Shown here piece after piece: positions 38,950-48,118 of a stretch of DNA of 64,000 bases. The notes beneath the pieces were generated by a model. The model was not told where the DNA came from and searched no databases. It saw nothing but the letters and a program-made list of their open reading frames with translations. Both the position numbers and the translations under genes were made by a program. Every line of letters begins with the position of its first letter. The first letter of the stretch is position 1. This DNA comes from Acidobacteriota bacterium (lineage in GTDB: Bacteria; Acidobacteriota; UBA6911): NCBI GenBank assembly GCA_016929335.1, contig JAFGIY010000199.1, positions 927 to 64,926 of the forward strand, given 5' to 3'.

Positions 38950-41900
38950 ATGCGTTTCCGGTCCTTTATTTTATTATTATGGCCTGTGCTTTTTCTTGTC
39001 CCCTACGCCGCAGCACAGAAACGGGTCGTAGCAACCGTTAATCCAAACGCCGCTGCGCTGAACAGTAATGCGGATATCTTTAATCCTGCAACCCGCACTC
39101 TTACTCCTGTGACCGGAATGCTTACGGGCCGCGAACAGAATGTTGCCGTCCGACTGGCGAGCGGGCGGGTGCTGATCGCCGGCGGATATAACAACCGTCA
39201 TCTGGTTTCTGCGGAGCTGTACGATCCGGAGACTGGAACTTTTGAGGAAACGGACGATATGGTTTCGGCTCGAAGCGGGGCCGCAGCTGCGCTGCTGCAG
39301 GGGGGGACGGTTCTCCTTGCCGGCGGCTATAACGGGCAACAATACCTTTCATCGGCGGAAATTTATGATCCCGCAACTGAGACTTTCGGCCCTGCCGGCG
39401 CTTCTCTGTTGACGGCGCGTCAGAATGCCACGGCCACGCGCTTGAACAACGGGACCATACTCATTGTCGGCGGCTACGACGGATCCGCATTCCTGAATTC
39501 AAGCGAGATATATAATTCTGCGGTCAGAGAGTTTTCTTATACGGATGGATTTTTAGCCGATGCCCGAGAATGGCATACGGCAACACTGCTGTCCGATGGA
39601 AGGGTTTTAATCACCGGCGGATGCAACAACGTCGAAAGCGGCAAAGTGGTATGCGATGAGTATCTCTCAAGCGCGGAAATATATGATCCGGATTCCGACG
39701 CGTTCATATCCACCGGATCCATGACCGCTCCCCGGGCCAATCATACCGCCACCTTATTGCCGAACGGAAAGGTCCTGATCGCCGGCGGATGGAACGGCAC
39801 GAATACGCTGGCCTCAGCCGAAGTTTTTGATCCGGAAACGGAAACCTTTACGTCGGTCGGGAATCTGGCGTTTGCGCGAATCAACCACACCGCCTCGCTG
39901 CTGTCTGATGGGAAAGTATTAATCGCCGGCGGAAAAGCGGATCAGCATCTCGACAGCCTGGAGCTTTTTGATCCGGCGGCCAATTCGTTCACACTTCTTC
40001 CTGCCGCCATGACCATGCCGAGATCGATGCATTCGGCCATCGCGCTTGCTGACGGACGGATCATGCTTGTCGGCGGCGAAAACTCCGAACTGCTGTATTT
40101 CGATGTGAATTCGCAAAGCATCGCCGACAACGTTTCTCCCAATATAATTGCCTCCTCCGATTCAAAAACCGCATTCGTCCCTTATACCGGGTCCGGGGTT
40201 GTTGCGGCATTTTCGACGGAAACCGGAGCCGTGATCAAAAAGATCATCACCGGGGGCAAGCCGGCGTTTATGACAGAGCTGCCCGATGGAGAGACTCTGG
40301 CCGTTGTCTCCGTTCTCGACAACCGGATCTTCACGATTGATATGAAGGATATGCTGCTGAAAAACACCTATAGTTTTAACGGCTCTTTTGGATTCGGCAG
40401 CCTCCTGACCCTCTCTCCGGACGGAGGAACAGGCTACATCTCTTCAACTTCTACCGGCAGCGTCATCAAATTCGACATGGAAACCGGGAATGAATTGGGA
40501 CGGCTGACAAACATGCAGGCGCCTGCCCAGATAACGATAACAAAGGACGGAAATACTCTGCTCATTGTAGACACAATGGCAAACAACGTTGTGATTGCCG
40601 ACGCTTCGGCGATGACGGTTAAGGCGAGAGTGTTGCCTCTGGAAGATTATTCTGCAGCAAGTTTCACAATTTTCAACAAAGCCGTGTTGAATGCGGACGA
40701 AACAATGGCCGTGATAGGGAGTCAGGATTCCAACAGCTCGTCGGACTGTGTGGTCAATGCCGCTTTTGTGTTTGACCCGGCTACCGGAGAGATCCTTGAA
40801 ACGGCGGCCATCGGCTGTATCCCGGGATACACCACATTTCTGCCCACCGGCACTTACTGGTTAATTCTCGGCCAGGGAAATATCTCCCAGATCCCATCGT
40901 GGGCGCCTGAATCTTCCTTCGTAAACAAATACACTCTAGGCACGCCGATGGGTTCCGCAAATGTCATCATTACGAAGGATGCAAAATATGCCTATTATGC
41001 TCTCAGCAGCGCGGATGTGGTGGTCCAGCAGGATATCGGCACACGAGCGATCGTCGGATCTTTCAGTGTAGGCGATGATCCTGATAAGGTGCTCGATCAG
41101 GCTTCAAGCCTTGCCGTCACTCCCGATGAAAAGACGATGATCGTCCTGAATTTTTCGAGCAATGAACTGGACCTTCTGGGCGATGCCGCGGTGTTCAGAA
41201 ATACAAAATACATCAGCCAGCAGAACCAGTTCACGGGTCTGTCCATGGTGAATGTGTCCGATACTCCGGCAACACTGACCATCACGGCCTTTTTAAACAG
41301 CGGCATCCTCGCCGCGGCCAACGATATAGTCAATCCGGTTTCCCTGGAAGTGGGGCCCAATTCCCAGGCTTCAGTTGATTTATCGAGCCTCTACGATTTT
41401 GATCCTGATGACACGAATGAAGGACGCCTCTTTATTCAATCCGATAATCCCGGAGTCACGGGATTCTCCATGACAGGGAAAGTTCGCGCCGATTTCCTGC
41501 AGTCCCGTGTGGTTGATATGTTTGCGTTTCCTCTGCAAACCGATTATCGCGAATCACTGCGCAATTGGATCATTCCCGAGATTCCTCAATCAGATGATGC
41601 CAAGATTGAACTCAACTTCTTCAATCCGAATTACAATAGCTCGCCCTATACCGTGACCCACTACGGGACCGACGGCACGGAGCTCGAGACAAAGAGGGAC
41701 CTTACCGTTAATGCCTCCGTCCGAGAAACCAAGGCGCTCTCGGACCTGCTCACGACCGCACAGGCCGGTCGGGTGCTCATCGTCGGCGGGAACGATCTCA
41801 AATCGACATGGGACAGCGCTTCCACATTCAGTGTCAGTGCCAAGACCTTTACCAGTACGACCCGCCTTCTAAACTTCGCTCGCCATGGCCATGCCGTCTC

Positions 41901-43638
41901 ACAGCTTTCCAATCAGAAAGTCCTTATCACCGGAGGGAAGCGCGGCACCGCGGTTACAAAAAGCGCCGAACTCTACTACCCGATAGAAGGCTTCTTCCGC
42001 CCGACTGCAGGTACCATGCGCACACAACGCTACCGGCATACCTCAACAAGACTAGCCGGCGGGAAGGTGTTGTTGGCGGGCGGGCAAAGTTCCCGTTCTT
42101 TCAATAAGACAGCGGAGCTGTACGATCCGAACGAAGATGCTTTTGAGCCGACGGCGGGGGATATGACTTCGGCTCGAGATGCGCATACGGCCACGCTTTT
42201 GCCCGATGGAAGGGTTCTCATCGTCGGCGGCATTGACGGCATATCGGTATCGGCAACGGCGGAACTGTACCAGCCGGAAACATCGCTGTTCACACTCACC
42301 GGAAGAATGACTGCCGGCCGCGCCTTCCATACGGCTGTTCTGCTCCCCTCCGGGAAAGTGCTTATTGCCGGCGGCTATAACGGCAGCTATCTGGACTCTG
42401 CCGAGCTTTATGATCCGGAAACAGGCCTTTTCACTTCGGCGGGTTCCATGACTGGCGCTAGAAGCAATCATACGGCCACGCTGCTTTCAAACGGTACCGT
42501 CCTGATTGCCGGAGGAAGAGACTCCGAGGGGTCCCTTAATACGGCTGAAATCTACGATCCGCTGGCCGGGACCTTCCTGCCCACCGAAGGCACAATGGTT
42601 TCAACCCGCCGCATGCATACCGCTACGCTTCTCGATGATGATACGGATGGTATCGATGACAAGGTGCTGATTACGGGTGGATTTGGAATGATTTTGGACG
42701 ATGATGAAGAGGATGACGACGATCCTGATCAGGATGGACTGGATGAGGAGCATGTCTTAAAGACGGCGGAACTGTACGATCCCGTGACGCGGCAATTTTC
42801 CCGAACTACGGGCGACCTTTCGCAGGCAGTTCAGGTCCAGGCTGCTATTCTCCTTCAGTCCAACGATCAGGGCTACCTCCGAGTCCAATCGGATCTTGGA
42901 TTGCTTTTCAGCGAGATCTATTCCATCGGCGGGGCTTCCGCATCCATCAACGGCATCGATATCGACAAGCATACCGGAGTAACCAGGATCTATTCTCCGC
43001 TTTTTGTTATTAAGCCGGACTTCGCGACCGCAGTGAATATCATTAACGCGAATCAGGACAGCGAAGCATTCATCACAATCCGCCTGCATGCAGAGGACGG
43101 AAGCCTGTTGTCCTCGCCGGTTGTCTGGCTGATCTCTCCCAACGGCCAGCTGAAAGGCGATCTGTGGGATATTTTCCATAACGATACAAGCCTGTTGAAC
43201 CGGACAGGGTGGATTGAAGTAACCAGCACAGTGGACAAGGTAGTAGGAACCGTTACTTTTACTGATCCGGATGATACCATCCGGACCAGCATCCAATTGT
43301 CCGGATTCCCAATGAGCCGTTTCCTATTTCCCCTGGTCTCTGAGGACGCAACTTATCAAACGGAGATATCGTTGCTCAATACCGGCGACCAGACCGCCTC
43401 TGTCCTTCTGGAACTCTGGGGGACAGCAGGTACGCTGGATGCATTTGCCAACGTTTCGCTCCCGCCAAACAGGCGGCTGACCGGATTTTTGGGCGACATC
43501 TTTCCCGACATTCAGCCGCATCTCACCGGCAACGTTCGCATTATTTCTGACCGGCCGTTGCATGGTTTTGCGATCCTGTCGGCCCGTGATCTCACATTTA
43601 TTACTGCCGAACCGCCGGTCCCATATCCGGGGCAATGA
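38950..43638 (+). CDS. Giant secreted multi-propeller protein: Kelch propeller, YVTN-like propeller, beta-sandwich modules, second Kelch propeller, beta-sandwich modules
   Basis: The ORF is open from 38803. The preferred ATG at 38950 (MRFRSFILLLWPVLFLVPYAAAQ, signal peptide) follows GGAGAG. There are two blocks of seven repeats with the pattern AR..HTATLL.DG.VLI.GG. The central region has YVTN-like blades (ITKDGNTLLIVD, VTPDEKTMIVLN). Confidence 0.85.
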   Translation: MRFRSFILLLWPVLFLVPYAAAQKRVVATVNPNAAALNSNADIFNPATRTLTPVTGMLTGREQNVAVRLASGRVLIAGGYNNRHLVSAELYDPETGTFEETDDMVSARSGAAAALLQGGTVLLAGGYNGQQYLSSAEIYDPATETFGPAGASLLTARQNATATRLNNGTILIVGGYDGSAFLNSSEIYNSAVREFSYTDGFLADAREWHTATLLSDGRVLITGGCNNVESGKVVCDEYLSSAEIYDPDSDAFISTGSMTAPRANHTATLLPNGKVLIAGGWNGTNTLASAEVFDPETETFTSVGNLAFARINHTASLLSDGKVLIAGGKADQHLDSLELFDPAANSFTLLPAAMTMPRSMHSAIALADGRIMLVGGENSELLYFDVNSQSIADNVSPNIIASSDSKTAFVPYTGSGVVAAFSTETGAVIKKIITGGKPAFMTELPDGETLAVVSVLDNRIFTIDMKDMLLKNTYSFNGSFGFGSLLTLSPDGGTGYISSTSTGSVIKFDMETGNELGRLTNMQAPAQITITKDGNTLLIVDTMANNVVIADASAMTVKARVLPLEDYSAASFTIFNKAVLNADETMAVIGSQDSNSSSDCVVNAAFVFDPATGEILETAAIGCIPGYTTFLPTGTYWLILGQGNISQIPSWAPESSFVNKYTLGTPMGSANVIITKDAKYAYYALSSADVVVQQDIGTRAIVGSFSVGDDPDKVLDQASSLAVTPDEKTMIVLNFSSNELDLLGDAAVFRNTKYISQQNQFTGLSMVNVSDTPATLTITAFLNSGILAAANDIVNPVSLEVGPNSQASVDLSSLYDFDPDDTNEGRLFIQSDNPGVTGFSMTGKVRADFLQSRVVDMFAFPLQTDYRESLRNWIIPEIPQSDDAKIELNFFNPNYNSSPYTVTHYGTDGTELETKRDLTVNASVRETKALSDLLTTAQAGRVLIVGGNDLKSTWDSASTFSVSAKTFTSTTRLLNFARHGHAVSQLSNQKVLITGGKRGTAVTKSAELYYPIEGFFRPTAGTMRTQRYRHTSTRLAGGKVLLAGGQSSRSFNKTAELYDPNEDAFEPTAGDMTSARDAHTATLLPDGRVLIVGGIDGISVSATAELYQPETSLFTLTGRMTAGRAFHTAVLLPSGKVLIAGGYNGSYLDSAELYDPETGLFTSAGSMTGARSNHTATLLSNGTVLIAGGRDSEGSLNTAEIYDPLAGTFLPTEGTMVSTRRMHTATLLDDDTDGIDDKVLITGGFGMILDDDEEDDDDPDQDGLDEEHVLKTAELYDPVTRQFSRTTGDLSQAVQVQAAILLQSNDQGYLRVQSDLGLLFSEIYSIGGASASINGIDIDKHTGVTRIYSPLFVIKPDFATAVNIINANQDSEAFITIRLHAEDGSLLSSPVVWLISPNGQLKGDLWDIFHNDTSLLNRTGWIEVTSTVDKVVGTVTFTDPDDTIRTSIQLSGFPMSRFLFPLVSEDATYQTEISLLNTGDQTASVLLELWGTAGTLDAFANVSLPPNRRLTGFLGDIFPDIQPHLTGNVRIISDRPLHGFAILSARDLTFITAEPPVPYPGQ

Positions 43639-43639
43639 C

Positions 43640-43945
43640 TTGGAGCCTTTATACGGAGTTCTATTTTCTCTGTTCAAAGAAAAGCCGAACTACGGGCAAT
43701 GGGTAGTGGCCTGCCTTAAAGGCGCCTGGCCAAAGCTCCTGGGCGACAGACTGGCCGCTGTCTGCAGCCCAGTCCACTTCGAAAATGCCAATCTCCGGAT
43801 CGAGGTATGCAGTCCGGAGTGGGATCAGGCCCTGATGAGCGTTCGGGAGACGTTGCTTGACAAGCTGCGGGCTGCAACTGCCAATGAGGTCAGGACGATT
43901 ACTTTCAGTCGGCAGTCGGCAGTCGGCAGTCGGCAGTATCGATAA
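43640..43945 (+). CDS. DUF721 (DciA-like) domain protein
   Basis: This is the frame of ORF 43562..43945. A probable TTG start at 43640 lies directly after the upstream stop. The product matches the DUF721 pattern: LKGAWPKLLGDRLAAVCSPVHFENANLRIEVCSPEWDQALMSVRETLLDKL. The last 12 codons are encoded by CAGTCGG repeats. Confidence 0.55.
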   Translation: MEPLYGVLFSLFKEKPNYGQWVVACLKGAWPKLLGDRLAAVCSPVHFENANLRIEVCSPEWDQALMSVRETLLDKLRAATANEVRTITFSRQSAVGSRQYR

Positions 43946-44267
43946 TTTAATATTTGCGAATTTGCGGTTGGCTCTACAACTACTTTCAGTCGGCAGTCGG
44001 CAGTCGGCAGTGGGCAGTATCGATAATTTAATATTTGCGAATTTACGGTTGGCTCTACAACTATTGCATCAGCACTACCGACTGCAGACTAACGACTGCC
44101 GACTGCTGAAATCGAGCTTTTCGGAATAAGCAAGCGCCCTGGCCGCCATCACCAAGCCACTGCCGACTGCCGACTGCCGACTACCGACTGCTGAAATCGG
44201 GCTTTTCGGAATAAGCAAGCGCCCTGGCCGCCATCGCCAGGCCACTGCCGACTGCCGACTAACGACT
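43901..44267. repeat. Compound repeat: two 81-nt direct units carrying (CAGTCGG)4, followed by two 85-nt direct units plus a partial third carrying the complementary (CCGACTG)n tracts
   Basis: Units 43901..43981 and 43982..44062 differ at 2 positions. Units 44073..44157 and 44158..44242 are near-identical, and a partial third unit starts at 44243. The heptamer tracts of the two sets are reverse complements. Confidence 0.9.
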
Positions 44268-44336
44268 ATTATTTGCAGAGAAGCGGTCCATATGGTAACT
44301 TAACGCTTTATATTCAAGGCTTGTGCGGAGGATGAA

Positions 44337-44606
44337 TTGTCACTTACGGTAGAAAAAAAGACGGAGATCGTCAATACATATAAAACACACCCGACCGATA
44401 CCGGGTCGCCTGAAGTGCAGATCGCCATTTTGAGCGAAAAGATTGCCTATCTGACAGAGCATTTTAAAACTCATGCGAAGGACCACCATTCTCGAAGAGG
44501 GCTCCTGAGAATGGTTGGCAAACGGCGCCGTCTTCTCGACTATTTGAAGGATAAGGATATCGCAAGATATCGGACTGTGATCGAGAAGCTTGGTATCAGA
44601 AAGTAG
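44337..44606 (+). CDS. rpsO: 30S ribosomal protein S15
   Basis: 89 aa: ...[49 protein letters not shown]. It starts at TTG, with GGAGG 8 nt upstream. Confidence 0.97.
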   Translation: MSLTVEKKTEIVNTYKTHPTDTGSPEVQIAILSEKIAYLTEHFKTHAKDHHSRRGLLRMVGKRRRLLDYLKDKDIARYRTVIEKLGIRK

Positions 44607-44819
44607 ATTAGTACAGGCTTTTGGGGATCCGCTCCTCTAAGGGTCTGCCCGGTGCTCGAGATTGTGAATGGGGACGAACAGAAGCGCCGGATTTTTAAGC
44701 AACAAGCATTGCCCAGATCTCGACAGGGAATTTTCCCACGCCCCAAAAAGTGAGTGCTGATGAGACGGGTGAGCATTTTAGGTTTCAGTCAATTCAACTA
44801 ATCACCGGGGGCCGGCTGG

Positions 44820-44906
44820 ATTGTGAATTATGAGTTATGAGTTAAAGGTTATTGAGTGATAATCCTTAACTCAGGACTCATAATCATAATTCCTGGTTCA
44901 TAATTC
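44820..44906. repeat. Heptamer-repeat hairpin ((A/G)TTATGA arms) in the rpsO-pnp leader
   Basis: The left arm is attgtga|attatga|gttatga|gttaaagg. The right arm is ccttaactcaggactcataatcataattcctggttcataattc. The two arms are largely complementary around a 15-nt loop. Confidence 0.85.
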
Positions 44907-44951
44907 CCGCCTTTCAGAACCCCCGGACAAATTCAACAGCAGGAGGAAAAA

Positions 44952-47177
44952 ATGGTTTATCGAGTTTCTGCCGATATCGGTGGGCTTGAGTTTTCCATAG
45001 AAATGGGAAGAATCGCAAAGCAGGCGGATGGTGCTGCTTTTGTCAGCTACGGAGATACCGTGGTGCTGGTCGCCGCTTGTGCGGCAGAGGAAGCAAAGGA
45101 AGGACAGGATTTTTTCCCTTTAACCGTGGATTATCGTGAGAATACATATGCCGCCGGAAAAATTCCGGGAGGATTTTTCAAGAGGGAAGGAAGACCGACA
45201 GAGAAGGAAATCCTGACATCCCGCCTCATTGACAGACCTCTGCGGCCCCTTTTCCCCGAAGGTTTCAATTGCGAGACACAGGTTATTGCTCTCGTGCTCT
45301 CGGCGGATAAGGAAAACGATCCCGATATTATGAGCATCACAGGGGCATCGGCGGCAACATACTGCTCGTCGATTCCGTTTTTCAATCCCGTGGGTGCGGT
45401 GCGCATCGGATTGATGGACGGGCAATTCGTAGTAAATCCGCCGATCAGCAAGCTTAAGGAAAGCAGCCTGAACCTCACCGTCGTCGCGACGGAAGAAGCC
45501 ATCGTTATGGTGGAGGCCGGTGCAAACGAAATTTCCGAAGAGCAGATGGTCGAGGCTCTGGATTTTGCCCACGGCATAATCCGCAAACTGATCGATCTTC
45601 AGAAAGACCTCTACCGACAAATTCAGCCCGTCAAACGTGAATTTAAAGCGCCGGTGCTGGATGCTGCAGAAGTTGAACAGATTGGAAGCGAATATTCGCG
45701 GAAAATTTCGGACGCCCTTCACGTAAAAGGGAAACTGGCGAGCGATGCTCAACTGGATGCCGTCCGGAACGAGATCATCAATTCCATACCCGAAGAGGAT
45801 ATGGATCGCAGAGCGCTTGCCGGCAAGATCTACCACTATTTGATGGAAAAGATTTTCCGGGATGAAATGCTTGAAGTAAAGCGCCGGCCGGATGGACGCC
45901 AGTTTAATGAAGTCCGCCCAATATCTGCCGTAGTATCGCTGTTGCCTCGTACGCATGGCTCGGCGCTGTTTACCCGGGGCGAAACTCAGGCGCTCGTTAC
46001 TGCCACTCTGGGTACAGCGGATGACGAACAAAGGATGGACACGCTTGAGGGAGAGTCTTTCAAGAGATTCATGCTCCACTATAATTTCCCTCCCTTCAGC
46101 GTCGGTGAAGTAAAACCTTTGCGCGGACCGGGCAGGCGCGAGATAGGTCATGGAGCGCTGGCCGAAAGAAGCATTCTCCCCATCATGCCTTCGGAAGAAG
46201 CTTTCCCCTATACCGTCCGAGTCGTTTCGGACATCATGGAAAGCAACGGATCTTCTTCCATGGCAACCGTATGTGGAGGCGTCCTGGCCCTGATGGATGC
46301 AGGCGTGCCGATCAAATCACCGGTAGCCGGCGTAGCCATGGGCCTGGTAAAGGAAGGTGAGAACTACGCGATTCTCACCGATATTGCCGGCGCCGAAGAC
46401 CATTACGGAGACATGGATTTCAAGGTAGCCGGCACGGAAAAAGGCATTACCGGCCTTCAGATGGATATAAAGATCGGCGGCGTCGACAAAAAGATCATGG
46501 CCGAAGCCCTGGCACAGGCAAAGGAAGGACGTCTGCATATCCTGCAGAAGATGATGGAGTGTTTGGAGGCTTCCCGCTCGGAAATTTCGCCGTTTGCTCC
46601 GCGCATCATAACGATTCAGATTCCCAAAGATAAAATCGGCGGCGTAATTGGAACCGGAGGAAAAGTCATACGGGGCATCATCGAACAGACGGGCGTTAAA
46701 ATCGATATCGAGGATGACGGCAAGGTCAACATCGCTTCGACGGATACCGATTCCGCCCAGCGCGCCATCCGCATGATCGAAGACCTGGTCATGGAAGCAG
46801 AAGTGGGAAAGACGTATCTGGGAACCGTGACCCGGCTGGTCGATTTCGGCGCGTTTGTGGAAATATTCCCCGGCACCGAAGGACTGCTTCATATTTCCGA
46901 GGTGGCGGATTTCCGCGTTCAGGATATCAACTCGGAGCTTAAAGTAGGCGATCAGATCCCGGTCAAGGTGATCAGTATCGAGCCTCCCAATAAGATCCGT
47001 TTGAGCCGCAAAGCCGTTTTGCGCGAGCAGGCAGGACTGCCGCCGCAGGAGCCTGCACCAAGACCTCCGCGGCGCGAGCATTCGGACCGGGGCCGGCCGA
47101 GCCATCGCGATAGGGATCGCGACCGCTCCCGTCCACGCGGAACGGATCGCGGCGGACCTCCGCGGCGAAATTATTAA
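44952..47177 (+). CDS. pnp: Polyribonucleotide nucleotidyltransferase (PNPase) with an Arg/Asp-rich C-terminal tail
   Basis: 741 aa with two RNase PH domains, a KH domain (IGGVIGTGGKVIRGI) and an S1 domain (GTVTRLVDFGAFVEIFPGTEGLLHISE). The tail reads PRPPRREHSDRGRPSHRDRDRDRSRPRG. Confidence 0.98.
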   Translation: MVYRVSADIGGLEFSIEMGRIAKQADGAAFVSYGDTVVLVAACAAEEAKEGQDFFPLTVDYRENTYAAGKIPGGFFKREGRPTEKEILTSRLIDRPLRPLFPEGFNCETQVIALVLSADKENDPDIMSITGASAATYCSSIPFFNPVGAVRIGLMDGQFVVNPPISKLKESSLNLTVVATEEAIVMVEAGANEISEEQMVEALDFAHGIIRKLIDLQKDLYRQIQPVKREFKAPVLDAAEVEQIGSEYSRKISDALHVKGKLASDAQLDAVRNEIINSIPEEDMDRRALAGKIYHYLMEKIFRDEMLEVKRRPDGRQFNEVRPISAVVSLLPRTHGSALFTRGETQALVTATLGTADDEQRMDTLEGESFKRFMLHYNFPPFSVGEVKPLRGPGRREIGHGALAERSILPIMPSEEAFPYTVRVVSDIMESNGSSSMATVCGGVLALMDAGVPIKSPVAGVAMGLVKEGENYAILTDIAGAEDHYGDMDFKVAGTEKGITGLQMDIKIGGVDKKIMAEALAQAKEGRLHILQKMMECLEASRSEISPFAPRIITIQIPKDKIGGVIGTGGKVIRGIIEQTGVKIDIEDDGKVNIASTDTDSAQRAIRMIEDLVMEAEVGKTYLGTVTRLVDFGAFVEIFPGTEGLLHISEVADFRVQDINSELKVGDQIPVKVISIEPPNKIRLSRKAVLREQAGLPPQEPAPRPPRREHSDRGRPSHRDRDRDRSRPRGTDRGGPPRRNY

Positions 47178-47185
47178 TTGAGTTT

Positions 47186-47221
47186 GCCGGCAGGGGCACG
47201 TTATTACATGACCCTGCCGGC
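47186..47221 (+). terminator. Stem-loop downstream of pnp (possible terminator or attenuator)
   Basis: GCCGGCAGGG (47186..47195) and CCCTGCCGGC (47212..47221) form a 10-bp perfect stem with a 16-nt loop. The stem is followed by only a weak T tract (CCGGTTTG). Confidence 0.35.
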
Positions 47222-47226
47222 CCGGT

Positions 47227-47991
47227 TTGATTATGACGCCACAACAGGTACTGGAACTTCTGGAGAATATTCGCCGGGGGAATCTGACTCCGGAACAGGG
47301 GCTTGAGCGGCTGAAGAATCTGCCATTCGAAGATCTGGGTTTCGCGCGCGTAGATCATCATCGGACATTGCGTCAGGGATTCCCGGAAGTCATTTTTGCG
47401 CCCGGCAAAAAGCCGGAGCAGATTACCGCGATTGTCAGGAGTCTGCTCCCGCAAAAGTCAAACATCCTGGTAACACGTTCGGATAGAACTGCATTCAACC
47501 GAGTCCACCGCATTACAAAGAAAGCACAATTCCACCCTGCTGCCCGGGCGATTTCGGTCGTTCAGGATACGAAAATCTACGGTGACGGCAAGATCTATGT
47601 CGTATGCGCCGGGACTTCCGATATCCCGGTCGCTGAGGAAGCGGCATTGACGGCACGGCTCATGGGAAATCAGGTGCAGACAACCTATGACGTGGGAGTC
47701 GCGGGAATTCATCGTTTGCTGAATATCAGGGAAGCCTTGACGCAGGCCAGCGTCGTGGTGGTCGTGGCGGGGATGGAGGGCGCGCTGGCCAGCGTTGTCG
47801 GCGGATTGCTGAGCGTTCCCGTCATCGCAGTTCCGACCAGCATCGGGTACGGGAGTTCATTCGGCGGGCTTTCTTCTCTGCTTGCGATGCTTAACAGCTG
47901 CGCTTCCAATGTGGTGGTCGTGAATATCGATAATGGTTTCGGGGCCGGCTACGTGGCCAGCCTTATCAACCGCAGGAAGCAGAAACCCTGA
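47227..47991 (+). CDS. larB: Nickel-pincer cofactor biosynthesis protein LarB (PurE-like carboxylase/hydrolase)
   Basis: 254 aa: [45 protein letters not shown] and GVAGIHRL. The start is either TTG at 47227 or ATG at 47233. Confidence 0.85.
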   Translation: MIMTPQQVLELLENIRRGNLTPEQGLERLKNLPFEDLGFARVDHHRTLRQGFPEVIFAPGKKPEQITAIVRSLLPQKSNILVTRSDRTAFNRVHRITKKAQFHPAARAISVVQDTKIYGDGKIYVVCAGTSDIPVAEEAALTARLMGNQVQTTYDVGVAGIHRLLNIREALTQASVVVVVAGMEGALASVVGGLLSVPVIAVPTSIGYGSSFGGLSSLLAMLNSCASNVVVVNIDNGFGAGYVASLINRRKQKP

Positions 47992-48118
47992 TCCCGGTTT
48001 CGGGCGCTTTGAACCTTTGCATCTTTGAGTCGTTCAGTGCAGAATTATCTCAGAGACTCGAAGTCTCCGGGATTCCCAAGATGCAAATGGTATATGGGAT
48101 CTGAAAAGCCGACGGCTG

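Noticed and set aside
43857-44129. 90-aa ORF with an internally duplicated sequence (SVGSRQSAVGSIDNLIFANLRLALQLL x2).
   Set aside because: It is simply a translation of the 81-nt tandem repeat units and has no start context. The 7-nt periodicity argues against a coding origin.
43901-44267. Considered a CRISPR array because of the regularly spaced repeats.
   Set aside because: Only two to three units are present. The 'spacers' are themselves duplicated and near-identical, the repeats are heptamer tracts, and no cas genes are nearby.
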